IMG/VR virus record: IMGVR_UViG_3300019884_000065
Origin: a virus
DNA length: 59,887 bases
Strand: one strand, 5' to 3'
Shown: positions 58,847-59,887 of the stretch, one piece after another
Position numbering within the stretch: the first letter of the stretch is position 1
Layout: every line of letters begins with the position of its first letter
Translations under genes and position numbers: made by a program
The notes under the pieces: model-generated
Database searches by the model: none
Seen by the model: only the letters and a program-made list of their open reading frames with translations
Told to the model about the DNA's origin: nothing

Positions 58847-59706
58847 GGTCTTTCCTTGGCGGTGCCAGGTGGGGGTTTGCGGTGCCAATTTGCCGGGTCG
58901 CGTTCGAAGTCTCCAATCTCACCGAGGGTGATGCCACTCGCCATTGCCGCAGGCCACCGCTCTTTAATCACCCGCCAACGTTCGACCAGTGGATCAGGTA
59001 CCCCAGCCTGCCTGAAGCCTTCCGCGCGCAGCACACACGCATGGCACCGCCCGCATGGGGGCGTTTCGCCGGCATAGCAGGTATGGCTCATCCCCATGAC
59101 CCGCTCCCAGCCTGGGAAGGTACTGGCGAGCTTCACCGTCTCTGCCTTCGTTAGGCTGATGAGAGGGGTAAGCACGCGCAGCTGTGGATGGTCGGCCTTG
59201 ATGTAGTCAGCACGGTTCATCCCGAGTGCCTCCTGCATGGCAAAGGTCGTGGCTGAGATGAACTGGTCTGTGCAGTCGGGATAGTTGGCGTTGTCCATTG
59301 CGCACACGCCGGTGACGAGGTCATAGCAGTCGAGTGACAGCCCGTAGTTCGCTGCCAACACGAGGAACAGCATGTTGCGCAGCGGCACGAACGTGAGTTC
59401 AACACGACTCTGAATCGTGTCTTCCATTTGCCGAAAATCTTTGTATGTCTCGAGTGGCTCGTGCGGGTTGATGAGCGGGCTGCGACCGCGCAGGGTGCCA
59501 GCCACGTTCATGATACGATGCGAGGCAACACCGACCATTGAGGCGATGCAGCTTGCGGCATCAATCTCGACGCGATGCTTCTGCCCGTAGTCGAACGTGA
59601 GGGCGTGAACCTTCTCGTAGTGTTCCTTGGCCCATAGCAGGCAGGTTGTTGAGTCCTGCCCGCCCGATAGGATCACGAGGCATTTTGTGCGATTGAGTTC
59701 GTTCAC
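58843..59706 (-). CDS. queC: 7-cyano-7-deazaguanine (preQ0) synthase with a C-terminal extension (287 aa, GTG start)
   Basis: It has the PP-loop LSGGQDSTTC, the zinc site CYAGETPPCGRCHACVLR, and about 45 extra C-terminal residues. A GTGA overlap links it to the upstream gene. Confidence 0.9.
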   Translation of the reverse strand: MNELNRTKCLVILSGGQDSTTCLLWAKEHYEKVHALTFDYGQKHRVEIDAASCIASMVGVASHRIMNVAGTLRGRSPLINPHEPLETYKDFRQMEDTIQSRVELTFVPLRNMLFLVLAANYGLSLDCYDLVTGVCAMDNANYPDCTDQFISATTFAMQEALGMNRADYIKADHPQLRVLTPLISLTKAETVKLASTFPGWERVMGMSHTCYAGETPPCGRCHACVLRAEGFRQAGVPDPLVERWRVIKERWPAAMASGITLGEIGDFERDPANWHRKPPPGTAKERP

Positions 59707-59887
59707 GCTGCCGCCTCCGGTGTTGCCTTCTTGGCTTCCTTGGCTGCTGCCTTCTTTTCGGCTGCCGCTGCCGGCCTGGCGAAGCTCACGCCGTTGTTGC
59801 GCGCCCAGACGCCTGCCTGTGTCACGGCCGTGCCTTCACTGATGCCGGAGGCCACGAGTGCGTCGATGCACTCTTTGCGACTCATCA
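59703..59887 (-). CDS. 3' end of the junction-spanning gene (see 1..590)
   Basis: Track ORF 59703..59885 is in frame with, and partly identical to, the reverse ORF at 1..590. Its annotated Met is internal to the longer ORF. Confidence 0.7.
   Translation of the reverse strand, partial: MSRKECIDALVASGISEGTAVTQAGVWARNNGVSFARPAAAAEKKAAAKEAKKATPEAAA
59761..59887. repeat. Terminal direct repeat, copy B (identical to 1-127)
   Basis: Same 127-base string as the window start. Confidence 0.95.

Noticed and set aside
1-59887. Lysogeny module (integrase, CI-like repressor, excisionase), transposase, toxin-antitoxin or CRISPR-Cas components
   Set aside because: I recognised none in any frame. The genome reads as a virulent or at least non-integrative phage. 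However, many small early ORFs are unassignable without searches.

Overview
This window is a complete tailed dsDNA phage genome. Bases 1-127 recur exactly at 59761-59887, so the unique circle is 59,760 bp. One gene (590->1, then 59760->59703) spans the junction.

Layout:
1. A long minus-strand early and DNA-metabolism arm runs through the junction (14481 down to 1, then 59887 down to 51445). It holds about 36 mostly small ORFs. Recognisable products are DUF932-like, DUF2786-like and Imm-like proteins, an SSB-like protein with a DEDIPF tail, an SNF2/DEAD-type helicase, a VRR-NUC-like nuclease, a family-A DNA polymerase and a clamp-like protein. It also carries a full preQ0 pathway (queC, queD, queE, folE) next to a DpdA-type transglycosylase, which predicts 7-deazaguanine modification of the phage DNA.
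2. A plus-strand arm (14637-51473) encodes a RepB'-like primase, a D5/P4-type SF3 helicase, terminase, portal, MuF-like protein, scaffold, major capsid, connector proteins and tail tube. It continues with a GH12-like protein, tail chaperones with a -1 frameshift, a 1247-aa tape measure, a 2278-aa repeat-rich tail protein, a receptor-binding protein with a GH18-like domain lacking the catalytic Glu, and a lysis cassette.
3. A small reverse-strand island with early-type promoters, plus a secreted-protein moron, sits inside the head module (23356-25467).

I recognised no tRNA, rRNA, CRISPR array, integrase or transposase.

Most interesting:
- the deazaguanine module, including two unassigned ORFs coupled to dpdA;
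- a CAGAAAG leader reiterated before at least 18 early starts, while late genes use AGGAG;
- a 110-bp palindrome with telomere-like G-rich arms between the replication and packaging genes;
- the unusual carbohydrate-active domains in the tail module;
- an endolysin with a C-terminal membrane domain.

All functional calls come from reading the translations. No database search was possible.
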